A stretch of DNA of 64,000 nucleotides, taken from positions 352,001-416,000 of the forward strand of contig CAWCNS010000009.1 in the NCBI GenBank assembly GCA_963796965.1, read 5' to 3'. A model generated the notes under the pieces. It had not been told where the DNA came from and made no database searches. It saw only the letters and a list, made by a program, of their open reading frames with translations. Of the stretch, positions 21,332-30,887 are shown in pieces. The position numbers and the translations under genes are program-made. This DNA comes from Calditrichia bacterium. GTDB lineage: Bacteria; Calditrichota; Calditrichia; JAJRVZ01. The stretch's first letter is position 1, and every line of letters begins with the position of its first letter.

Positions 21332-21428
21332 ACCTCATCCCCTAACCCCTTCTCCTGCAAGTGTTTAGACCGGAGAGATGGGGGACTTTCTTTCTCCCTC
21401 TCCTTTCAGGAGAGGGTCGGGGTGAGGT
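21332..21428. repeat. Double-hairpin REP-like element (CCTCAxCCC...CTCTCC / GGAGAGGG...GGGTGAGG)
   Basis: acctcatcccctaaccccttctcc...ggagagatgggg...ctccctctcctttcaggagagggtcggggtgaggt. Confidence 0.6.
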
Positions 21429-21494
21429 TCAATTATGACATTAAAGACAGACACTAAGTAACATATAAACAATGATTTAATCCCCCTTTTTGTT

Positions 21495-22604
21495 TTATTT
21501 AGATATATAATCAATTTTTTCAAGCGGCAGGAAGTCTTCCATGAACCAGAATTCGTCATATCCTCCTTTTGCACCGGCGAAAACAAATTGTTCTCCGTCA
21601 GGTGACCAATCGAGATGCCAAATGTGCACATCTACGAGGTTCGTTTCAATATCCTCAATATTACCATCAGCAACATTCATCACATGTACTTTTTCTCAAT
21701 TAAAAGCAATCCGCTTACTATCGGGAGACCAGGCCAGTTCCATTTTCACATGTGCTTTGGGAACTTCGCCGATTACCCTGGATTCTCCAGTGTTGACCTT
21801 TATTAAATTCATGGTCGGATTGGATCTAGTAGGCTGTTTTCCAGTTAAGTAGGCAATCATTGTCCCATCAGGTGACCAGACAGGTGAAGAGACATATTTA
21901 CCGATCAGAGAAGTCAACCGTTCAGGTTCTCCCCCGCTGGAAGACATAATGTATATACTCTGGTTCGGATCCTTCTTGCCCAGATCATTGAAAGCAATCC
22001 ATTTACCATCACCTGACCAGGACAGGTCTGTATATTCCACATCTATTCCATCTGTATTCAACTGAGCTGGTGCACCAGGGAAATCAGGACCGAGATTCCC
22101 TGAAAGGGGCATTATCCAGATTTTTTCATCTGATACTAATCCCAAGTTTTTTCCGTCGGGTAATAATCTCACTGACCAGGAGAGCTCAGTCGGGATCTTA
22201 ATTTTCGTAAATTTTGGTGTTATTGATGTCCTGACAATTTTTTCAGCGATGATGATTAGACGGGAAAGCTGTTCCCGTGCTATTTTTACGACGTCTTTTT
22301 GATCTCCATAGTTCTTAATAATCTCCTGGTAGGTTTTCTTCGCTTCCTGGTTGCCCAACTTTTCGTAACACATTCCCATATGTAATAATGACTTTGCAGC
22401 AACTACCCGGTCTGCCGGATATTTGTCTAAAATCTGTTTATACAGTTCAATCGCTGATTGTAATTCCCCCTTACCTTCCACCAGATAAAGCGCTTTTTCG
22501 TAGAGTTGACCGGCGGTCTCTTGCGACGAAGCCGTATTCAAAATGAAGAGAAGAGAGATACCTGTTAAAAGGACGATATAGAATAATTTAGTGATACGTT
22601 TCAT
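21495..22604 (-). CDS. Secreted TPR + short TolB-like (PD40) repeat protein (paralog C); frameshift near 21695
   Basis: Signal peptide, TPR (AAKSLLHMGMCYEKLG), WSGDG/WSPDG repeats; C-terminal piece 21495-21683 ends EFWFMEDFLPLEK. AGGAGG RBS. Confidence 0.8.
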
Positions 22605-22655
22605 GACACAGTTCCTCCTTTTTTGCTACAATATAAAGCGTAGCAAGCGGGGATG

Positions 22656-22672
22656 TGTTAAGGAAGTGTGAA
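22656..22672 (-). promoter_or_regulatory. TGTTAA-N5-TGTGAA direct repeat upstream of gene C
   Basis: 11-bp-phased pair; TATATT on the minus strand at 22630-22635, 20 bp downstream. Confidence 0.4.
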
Positions 22673-22850
22673 GATATGAATACATTTTGGCACACTCACA
22701 ATATCCTGCAGATTATACTAACCGCAAAGACGCAAAGAAAATAGGAACACGAATTTCACGAATTATTTCGAATTACACGAACTGCTTAAGAAGTCTTAAA
22801 AGAAATTCGTGTTAATTCGTGTAATTCGTGTAATTCGTGGATAAAATAAT

Positions 22851-23125
22851 TCACTCCGATAATTTATACCCTACCCCTCTGATACTTATAATATATTTTG
22901 GATCTGACGGATTATCTTCTATCTTTTTACGAATATTGGCCATGTGGCTGTCTATGGTCCTGTAACTCACCACTAGATTATCTTCTCCCCAAATTTCATT
23001 AAGAAAATCATCCCGGGTAGGCACTTTATCCTTTTTTTGTATTAAAAGGTGAAGAATCTGAAATTCTAAGGGAGTAAATTCAACTTTTTTACCGCGTTTG
23101 ATCGCCTGATATTTTTTTTGTCTGA
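22851..23125 (-). pseudogene. OmpR-family response regulator remnant (winged-helix domain only)
   Basis: KKYQAIKRGKKVEFTPLEFQIL...RTIDSHMANIRKKIE...IRGVGYKL. No receiver domain in the upstream part of ORF 22851-23234 and no kinase upstream. Confidence 0.75.
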
Positions 23126-23397
23126 TTAAATTTCGGCCGATATGGTTGAGCATCCGGGCCTGGTCACCTTTAGTTTTTACAGCAAGAAACAGACTCATAA
23201 TAAAGAGCAATGGACCTGGTGTTGTTTTTAACAAAAAGTGAAGTTTGTGGAGAGACTCGTCACTGAAATTTGTTGTGTTCTACTTTTGTTTACACGGATT
23301 ATACTAATGACCACACCTAAACGGCCAGTCACCTATCACCAAAAACCAAAGGTAAACTATCATCTATATCAGATTTTTGCTCCCGATATGGAAACAA

Positions 23398-23951
23398 TCA
23401 ACTTTTTTTTAATACGAGAGTCTTATTAAAAATTCCCTTTGGCCCATCTTCAAGATTAAGCCCAGCATTCACGGCCTTTTTAATCATTTCAGCAAAGCCT
23501 GCCTTCGAAACATGAAACGGCGGCTCCACGATAAGAACCTGTCCTTCTGGCTGCAAAATGGATCCTAATTCCTGAAAGAATGCTTCCTGATCGGGAATTT
23601 CATGAACACATAAAAGGCCAAAACAAATTCAATTTTCTCGGTGAAGCCAATTTTATTCTCTTCGCATTTATGTAGCCTGATTATTTCCTCTAAATCAGTG
23701 TCATGAATCTTTTGTTTTAATTTCTCAAGCATTCCTTCCTGTAGATCCACTGCAATAACCCGGCCGGTTTTACCAATCAGTTGAGCCATATCAATGGTGA
23801 AGTAACCCGGACCACAACCAAAATCCATGACAGTCATTCCTTCTTTGATAAAAGGGCTCAATATCCTTTGAGGATTCTGGAAAATCCTTCTCCATTTGGT
23901 ATCAAGACTGCCCGCTTTCTCAATTGGACATACACGGTTTTTGTCTTTCAT
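23398..23951 (-). CDS. Class I SAM-dependent methyltransferase; frameshift near 23605
   Basis: VMDFGCGPGYF motif I. Continues in another frame as HEIPDQEAFFQELGSILQPEGQVLIVEP... to TGA at 23398-23400. Confidence 0.8.
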
Positions 23952-24304
23952 TTTGTCTTCTCTCTATTTTATTGTTAATTATATGGTTATGGAGCAAACT
24001 AAAATATCGTGTTTCTTTTAAACAAAAAATATATCTAAATTCATCTCACTTTTAATCGAAGATTACCCATATATAAAATTTAGCCAATTAAACATACCAA
24101 TAAAACCTTTATGTTTTGGGATTTATTTAATAGCCTGAGTTATTTATTTTTCGCGAAGACGCGAAGACATATATTTAAAAGAATCTTTTCTATTTTTTTG
24201 AATTTAAATAAAATTTAGATCTCTTTTTTCTAAATATTATTTCCATTGCGACTTGGCGTCTTTGCGTGAAATACTTTTAACAGATCAGGTAGAGTGAGGA
24301 GAAA

Positions 24305-26173
24305 ATGATTAAACCTATCGTTGTAATTGGAACATGTTTATTTGTATTACTCAGTTTTCAATCTTCCTACAGCACGGATACTGATGAACGACCCAATATT
24401 CTATGGCTGGTAAGTGAAGATAACTCGCCTTTTTTGGGATGTTATGGGGATAAGAATGCGATAACCCCCAATTTGGATAAGTTAGCTGATAAAGGCATTA
24501 CCTATGACAATGCTTTTGCAAATGCTCCTGTCTGTGCTCCTATGAGAAATTCAATAATAACGGGTGTCTTTGCCAGCACTACTGGGTGCCAAAATATGCG
24601 CAGCAAAAATCCGCTTCCAAAACACATTAAATTCTTTCCTGAGTATCTTCGGGAAGCTGGCTATTATTGTACTAATAATGCCAAAGAAGATTATAATACA
24701 ATTAATACCAGCACTATCTGGGATGAGTCCAGCAGAAATGCCCATTACAATAATCGGAAAGAGGGACAACCTTTCTTTGCCATATTCAACACCAATCTAA
24801 GTCATGAACATAAAATTCATTATACAAGTTTAATTGACAAAGATAAGCTGCAACATGATCCCACAGAAATGGTACTCGCCCCTTACCATCCCGATTTGTC
24901 GGAAATAAGACAATGCTATGCCAATTACTATGATTATGTCACCCGCATGGATGCATGGATTGGGGAGAAATTAAAAGAAATAGAGGATAATGATCTCTCC
25001 GAAAATACAATTGTATTTTATTATTCCGATCATGGCGGGGTGTTGCCCCGAAGCAAACGCTTTATCTATGAGTCAGGCACAAAAATTCCCTTTATCATCC
25101 GATTTCCAGAAAAATATAAACATCTTGCACCCGGGATTTCAGGTAGTCGCGAGGATCGACTGATCAGTTTGGTTGATCTTGCCCCGACAATGCTCAATCT
25201 AACAGGAATTCAGATTCCTGGATATATGTCAGGTAAAGCATTTTTAGGTGCCCAAAAGGTTAAGAAACCCGAATATGTTCATTTTTTCCGTCAAAGGATG
25301 GATGAACGCTACGACATGATGCGCGCGGTGCGGGACAAAAAGTTCAGATATATTCGCAATTATATGCCACATAGAAAATACGGTTTGCATCTCGCCTATC
25401 TTTGGCGCTCCACGGCAACACGCGCCTGGGAGGAAGCCTATTACGGAGGAGAATGTAATGATATACAAGCCCGTTTTTGGGGATATAAAGAGCCCGAAGA
25501 ACTATATGCTATAGACACAGATCCACATAATGTAAATAATCTGGCCCATGATTCTGAATATATGAGTGTATTGAAAAGAATGCGGGATGAAACCAAGCGC
25601 TGGGTTCGGGAAAATAAAGATGCCGGTTTTCTGCCGGAAGGAATGATGACAGACAGAGCCGGTGAAAATACAATTTTTTCTCTGACTCACGATCCCAAAT
25701 TTCCCATGGAACGAATTATCGAGACAGCAGAAATGGCATCGATGAGGGATGGCAAACATCTGGCTGAACTTATCAAACGATTATCGGATGATGAGCCTGC
25801 CGTCAGATATTGGGCAGCAACGGGTTGTGCCATTCTGGGTGAGGAGGCCAAAATGGCCTTGCTTAAATTGAAGGTTCTGCTTAAGGATCCGTTTGCTGAC
25901 ATTAGAATCACTTCTGCCGAAGCCTTATGCAAAATGGGATATAAGGAAGAATCCCTGGACTTGCTTGTTGCTGAAATGAAAAATAAAAACCCAAGCATTC
26001 AACTTCATGCCTTAAATGTCCTGGACGCATTAGAAGAGGACACAAAAGCCGTTTTAAACGATATCATGTCAGGTGTTCCGGGGCGTATAGAAACGGATAA
26101 TTACTTCCACAGAGCCCATACCCAACTTATAAAAAAATTAAAGCCAGGCTGGGAGGATTATATTAGCTGGTAA
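24305..26173 (+). CDS. Secreted formylglycine-dependent sulfatase with C-terminal HEAT-like repeats
   Basis: RPNILWLVSED, CAPMR (CxPxR), SDHG; C-terminal LSDDEPAVRYWAA / LLKDPFADIRITSAEAL repeats. Confidence 0.9.
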   Translation: MIKPIVVIGTCLFVLLSFQSSYSTDTDERPNILWLVSEDNSPFLGCYGDKNAITPNLDKLADKGITYDNAFANAPVCAPMRNSIITGVFASTTGCQNMRSKNPLPKHIKFFPEYLREAGYYCTNNAKEDYNTINTSTIWDESSRNAHYNNRKEGQPFFAIFNTNLSHEHKIHYTSLIDKDKLQHDPTEMVLAPYHPDLSEIRQCYANYYDYVTRMDAWIGEKLKEIEDNDLSENTIVFYYSDHGGVLPRSKRFIYESGTKIPFIIRFPEKYKHLAPGISGSREDRLISLVDLAPTMLNLTGIQIPGYMSGKAFLGAQKVKKPEYVHFFRQRMDERYDMMRAVRDKKFRYIRNYMPHRKYGLHLAYLWRSTATRAWEEAYYGGECNDIQARFWGYKEPEELYAIDTDPHNVNNLAHDSEYMSVLKRMRDETKRWVRENKDAGFLPEGMMTDRAGENTIFSLTHDPKFPMERIIETAEMASMRDGKHLAELIKRLSDDEPAVRYWAATGCAILGEEAKMALLKLKVLLKDPFADIRITSAEALCKMGYKEESLDLLVAEMKNKNPSIQLHALNVLDALEEDTKAVLNDIMSGVPGRIETDNYFHRAHTQLIKKLKPGWEDYISW

Positions 26174-26570
26174 TTTTTGTATTTGCAGACCTAACCCAGA
26201 CGGCCTACTTTAATATTACTCAGCGATCATAGAAGAATTTCCCTAAATCTTTAATGGCGATTATCATAAGACTGAGAAAGCAGTATTACTATTCAAGATA
26301 GTTTCAATGTTTAAAAAAAACACTATTGAACTTGCTATTGATCACAATTCTTATATACTATATCCTATATAGTTATAGAACAGGGATATTGGTTCATTAA
26401 TTATAACGCTATCACTCCACCAGAAATCTGCAACCAAGAAATTATACTATAATATAGATAGTCTCTTATACCGATGGATCTGCTGCAGAAATTATGATAG
26501 TAGCGTTTCAATTTGAGAGAAGCATTCTTAATTGCCTTAAGGAAAGTTTAAAAAACTCAAAGGCTTTTTT

Positions 26571-26978
26571 ATGACGTCAAAAATATATACGACTAAAATC
26601 AAACAGAACAATACATCTCGTTTTTTATATTTAATATTCGGATTTATCCTTGTGGGAATTGGCGTTCTTGGCATTTTTCTACCCTTATTACCTACAGCCA
26701 TTTTTTTAATTATGGCGTCCGCTTGTTTTATGAGAAGCTCTCCCAAAGCTGCAGTGTGGCTTAAAGACAATAGATGGCTCGGAGGTTATGTTCGAAATTA
26801 TATAGATAAAACCGGTTTAACAATTACCTCAAAAATAATACATATTGTTATACTATGGGTCTCGATTGGGCTGTCTGCCTATTTTGTCGCAGAAAATAAT
26901 GTAATACGTATTTTGTTATTAGTCATTGCGATTGCTGTTTCTATTCACTTAATTATGATTAAAACCGCAAAGTATTGA
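26571..26978 (+). CDS. ybaN: YbaN/DUF454 inner-membrane protein
   Basis: GVLGIFLPLLPT..FLIMASACF.RSS signature. Confidence 0.8.
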   Translation: MTSKIYTTKIKQNNTSRFLYLIFGFILVGIGVLGIFLPLLPTAIFLIMASACFMRSSPKAAVWLKDNRWLGGYVRNYIDKTGLTITSKIIHIVILWVSIGLSAYFVAENNVIRILLLVIAIAVSIHLIMIKTAKY

Positions 26979-27062
26979 TCATAACAGACAAATACAGTTA
27001 CTATCTTAGGATTTTGTAATATAAACATGGCACTGTTAATCAAACTTTAAAAAGGGACATGG

Positions 27063-28211
27063 ATGCGTCCTGATTTCAGATTTCTAATTTTGTGTTTTGT
27101 ATTTTTACAGACAACATCACCCTGTTATTCGCAGGATTTTTTTTATTTTGGTCAATTATCCACCTGGCTTTCTGCCAATCAACAGACTGAAAAATTCGCA
27201 CAATTGGGTATCCGCTATATTCCTGCCCTTTCATTTTCAACACCGGTATCGAATAAATATTCTTTTGACATTGAAGCATCGGTAAAGGCTTTTGCGATTG
27301 GCTATTTTCAATCATCTTCAAAACCACTTAATGAGCAGGATATCTCACCTTACCGTCTCTGGACCCGATTTGCTGCTTCTCAGTATGAGCTGAGGCTGGG
27401 ACTACAGAAAATCAACTTCGGACCGGCCACTATTTTCAGACCATTAATGTGGTTTGATACGATCGATCCCCGCGATCCCTTGCAGATTACCAGTGGTGTG
27501 TATGGCGTTTTAGGTCGTTATTATTTTCTTAACAATACCAATATCTGGTTATGGGGCCTCCTTGGCAATGATGAACCCAAAGGATGGGAGTTTTATCCGA
27601 CAGCCAAATGGAAGCCGGAATTTGGCGGTCGCGTTCAGTTCCCTGTTTTTAATGGTGAGGCAGCCTTTTCTTATCATCATCGCCAAATAAATCTGGGTCC
27701 ACTCACCGCTATGATGCCTTTTGTTTTTGATACGCTGGTCGCTGAAAACCGTATTGCCTTTGATGGTAAGTGGGATATTGGCCTCGGATTTTGGGTTGAA
27801 GCGGTTCTTACGAATCACAAAAGTGATCTTTTGTTATATGAATGGGAGCAAGCTTTTAATATTGGGCTTGACTATACTTTTGACATCGGAAATGGTTTTA
27901 ATGTCTTAACAGAATATTTTATTCTTGAAAGCACCAATAAAATTCTACAATCTGGGGAAGGGATTAAACTTTCGGCACTATCGATGAACTATCCCTTGGG
28001 TCTGCTGGATACGATTTCAGGGCTCATTTATTTTGACTGGGAGACAAAAGATCTTTATCGCTTTTTGACCTTGAAACGAAATTATGACAATTGGAGTTTT
28101 TATCTGTTCACCTTCTGGAACCCTGATGAATATAAACTGGATATCAATTCCAGAGAAAGCAATCAATTCGCAGGAAAGGGAGTACAATTGATGGTAGTGT
28201 TCAATCATTAG
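27063..28211 (+). CDS. Putative outer-membrane beta-barrel protein
   Basis: Signal peptide, alternating aromatic-rich strands, 'RLGLQKINFG' segment; heads the ABC/LolA-like cluster. Confidence 0.6.
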   Translation: MRPDFRFLILCFVFLQTTSPCYSQDFFYFGQLSTWLSANQQTEKFAQLGIRYIPALSFSTPVSNKYSFDIEASVKAFAIGYFQSSSKPLNEQDISPYRLWTRFAASQYELRLGLQKINFGPATIFRPLMWFDTIDPRDPLQITSGVYGVLGRYYFLNNTNIWLWGLLGNDEPKGWEFYPTAKWKPEFGGRVQFPVFNGEAAFSYHHRQINLGPLTAMMPFVFDTLVAENRIAFDGKWDIGLGFWVEAVLTNHKSDLLLYEWEQAFNIGLDYTFDIGNGFNVLTEYFILESTNKILQSGEGIKLSALSMNYPLGLLDTISGLIYFDWETKDLYRFLTLKRNYDNWSFYLFTFWNPDEYKLDINSRESNQFAGKGVQLMVVFNH

Positions 28212-28244
28212 CGCTATTCGAAAAAACGGGAGGTTTACAATTCA

Positions 28245-28928
28245 ATGAAAGTGTCATTAATAATTAAACCAATGATTTTCGGCATCCTGGCGATTTGTCT
28301 GCTGGTTACTATATTACTGCTGATTGCAGGCCGTAGCAACTATTGGCAAGCCTGGATTTTCGGAGCTGTTAATATCGTAATAATGATCATTTTATTTTCA
28401 GTTTTTGCAGAGAAAATAGGGATTATACGCGAGCGGATGCATCCCGGTGTCGGCACCAAATGGTGGGACAAGGTTTTTTGGATGATTTACGGTCCGATGA
28501 ATTTGGCGATCATTACTGTCGCTGCTCTCGATGCCGGAAGATATCACTGGAGCCCGGGGTTTCCCCCAGCTGTATATGTTGTGGTTTATTTACTCTACCT
28601 TTTCGCAAACACAATTCATTTATGGGCTATTCTTTCCAACGATTTTTATACCAGCACCGTCCGTTTGCAGCATGAACGTGGACAGATAGTTATCGAATCC
28701 GGGCCCTATCGTCTTGTAAGACATCCTGGTTATCTGGGAATCTCGCTAATGTTGTTCTGTATTGCCCTGTTACTTGGTTCCCTCTGGGCGCTGGTACCCT
28801 TTAGTATCGTATTCTTATTACTGGTAACCAGAACGATATTGGAAGACAAAACACTTAAGAATGAATTACCTGGCTATTTAGAATATGCTCAAAAGACGCG
28901 TTATCGATTATTTCCTGGAATCTTATAG
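28245..28928 (+). CDS. Isoprenylcysteine carboxyl methyltransferase / phospholipid methyltransferase (ICMT/PEMT) family membrane protein
   Basis: Multi-TM; GPYRLVRHPGYLG and ED..L...LPGYLEY...TRYRLFPG motifs. Confidence 0.85.
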   Translation: MKVSLIIKPMIFGILAICLLVTILLLIAGRSNYWQAWIFGAVNIVIMIILFSVFAEKIGIIRERMHPGVGTKWWDKVFWMIYGPMNLAIITVAALDAGRYHWSPGFPPAVYVVVYLLYLFANTIHLWAILSNDFYTSTVRLQHERGQIVIESGPYRLVRHPGYLGISLMLFCIALLLGSLWALVPFSIVFLLLVTRTILEDKTLKNELPGYLEYAQKTRYRLFPGIL

Positions 28929-28997
28929 TAAAATGATCATTCAAAACAAAACTGAATTAAAAGACTAAAAAGCAGAAAGCAGAAAGCAGATATAAAG

Positions 28998-29705
28998 ATG
29001 AGCAATAATCCGCTAATCAAAACAGAAAATCTCTCTAAATTCTATTCCGTTGGATTGGAAAGCCTAATCGCTCTGGATAAGGTAAATCTTAATTTTGATA
29101 CGGCTGAATTTGTCGGTTTAGTAGGGCCCAGCGGTTCAGGTAAAACCACTTTGCTAAATATTATCGGCTCTCTGGACACGCCTTCTGATGGGGAAGCCTA
29201 CACACTAGGAGAAAAAATTTCCACCCTCTCTCATAAAAAAGCAGCAACCCTGCGTAGCGAGCATATAGGTTTTATTTTTCAAACATTTAATCTTCTACCG
29301 GTTTATACTGTCTTTGAAAATGTTGAATTTCCGCTCCTTCTTCGAGAAATCCCGGGAGATAAACGAAAAAAAATGGTCATGGATGCACTTGATTGGGTCG
29401 GTCTTGCTGACAGAGCACAGTCAAAACCTGCTCAATTATCGGGGGGTCAGAGCCAGCGTGTGGCGATTGCGCGAGCTGTGGTAAAAAAACCGGAAATTAT
29501 TCTCGCTGATGAACCAACCGCTAATCTGGACGCAAAAAACTCACATCATATTCTGCAAACGATGGTAAATCTGAACAAAGAACTTAATACAACCTTTATT
29601 TTTGCTACTCACGATGAAAAGGTTATCACGTATCTGAGGCGTAAAATTCAGCTGGTTGATGGTAAAGTCATGGCAGATGAAAAATGCACACCTGGTAACA
29701 AATGA
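28998..29705 (+). CDS. ABC transporter ATP-binding protein, LolD/MacB family
   Basis: GPSGSGKTT, LSGGQSQRVAIARA, LADEPTANLD, ATHD. Confidence 0.93.
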   Translation: MSNNPLIKTENLSKFYSVGLESLIALDKVNLNFDTAEFVGLVGPSGSGKTTLLNIIGSLDTPSDGEAYTLGEKISTLSHKKAATLRSEHIGFIFQTFNLLPVYTVFENVEFPLLLREIPGDKRKKMVMDALDWVGLADRAQSKPAQLSGGQSQRVAIARAVVKKPEIILADEPTANLDAKNSHHILQTMVNLNKELNTTFIFATHDEKVITYLRRKIQLVDGKVMADEKCTPGNK

Positions 29706-29717
29706 AAGAATTATGAA

Positions 29718-30887
29718 ATGATAATTAAACTTGCTTACCGAAATTTGCGCGGGGCGGGTTTGCGTACACTATTGAACGTCGTTGTTCTATCCATTGCCTT
29801 TGTGGCGATCATCCTGATCCAGGGATTACTGGAGGGAATGAACAAGCAAATTGCCGATGCTGTAACGGAAGCTGAATATGCAGGTGGCCATTATTGGCAA
29901 CAGAATTATGATCCATATAACCCATTCTCTCTCAAGAATGCCCACGCTGTCATCCCTGGTTATTTTCAGGAACAGATCGAAGAGGATCTTGCCACCCCGA
30001 TTTTGATTATTCAGGGTTCCATGTATCCCGAAGGACGCATCCGGCCGGTGATGATAAAGGGGATAGATCCCAAACAACAGATTGTTTCAGTCCCCGCTTA
30101 TTTTTTAGACCAGTCTAATACGGATCTGCCTTTACTTATCGGTAACCGTATGGCAAAAAGCAGCGGCCTTCAGATTGGTGATGTTGTAACGTTGCAATGG
30201 AGGGATGTTCACGGGGCAATTGATGCCCGTGAGGGTACTATTATCCAGATAATGAAGACATCTGTTCCGACCATTGACAATGGTCAAATCTGGATCCCAC
30301 TCGCACAACTGCAGAAACTAACCGATATGCCTGACCAGGCAACTATGATCATAATGAATAAAAATTTCAAACAGGCAGAAAGGATCCCTGGATGGATTTT
30401 CAGAGATCCTGGATATCTGCTCAAAGACCTGAATGAAATGATCGAATCAAAATCAGTCAGTTCCGGACTCTTTTATATTATCCTGCTTTTCCTGGCAATG
30501 TTAGCAATTTTTGATACCCAGGTGCTTTCGATCTTTCATCGGCGCAAGGAAATGGGTACCCTTATGGCAATGGGTTTGACACGCCTGAAACTCATAGTTT
30601 TATTTACCTTAGAAGGTGCATTAAACGGCGTAATGGCTGCGATTCTTGCTGCTCTTTACGGACTACCCTTATTCAGTTTCTTAAGTCATAGCGGCATCAA
30701 ATTGCCCGAAATCGCTGACAGCTATGGCTTCGCTATAGGCGAGAAACTATTTCCAGCCTATAGTTTCGGCCTTGTTCTCGGTACCACCCTGCTCGTACTG
30801 ATTATCACTACCATTGTCAGTTTTATCCCGACACGCCGGATTGCCCGGTTAAAGCCGACTGATGCTTTGAGGGGGAAAATGACATGA
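29718..30887 (+). CDS. ABC transporter permease, LolC/E (FtsX) family
   Basis: LAYRNL...R TM1, periplasmic domain, RRKEMGTLMAMG, three C-terminal TMs, LKPTDALR. Confidence 0.88.
   Translation: MIIKLAYRNLRGAGLRTLLNVVVLSIAFVAIILIQGLLEGMNKQIADAVTEAEYAGGHYWQQNYDPYNPFSLKNAHAVIPGYFQEQIEEDLATPILIIQGSMYPEGRIRPVMIKGIDPKQQIVSVPAYFLDQSNTDLPLLIGNRMAKSSGLQIGDVVTLQWRDVHGAIDAREGTIIQIMKTSVPTIDNGQIWIPLAQLQKLTDMPDQATMIIMNKNFKQAERIPGWIFRDPGYLLKDLNEMIESKSVSSGLFYIILLFLAMLAIFDTQVLSIFHRRKEMGTLMAMGLTRLKLIVLFTLEGALNGVMAAILAALYGLPLFSFLSHSGIKLPEIADSYGFAIGEKLFPAYSFGLVLGTTLLVLIITTIVSFIPTRRIARLKPTDALRGKMT

Noticed and set aside
21365..21631. 88-aa ORF ending in PHPDPLLKGEG
   Set aside because: Alternative frame of gene C's end running through a REP-like palindrome.
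7641..22604. Naming the propeller proteins tolB or bamD
   Set aside because: No TolB N-terminal domain or tol-pal context, four paralogs are present, and the TPRs are generic.
22746..22845. Short tandem repeats (attcgtgta x3-4, also 13388-13490) as a CRISPR array
   Set aside because: Units are 9-10 nt with no unique spacers and no cas genes; they form inverted pairs instead.
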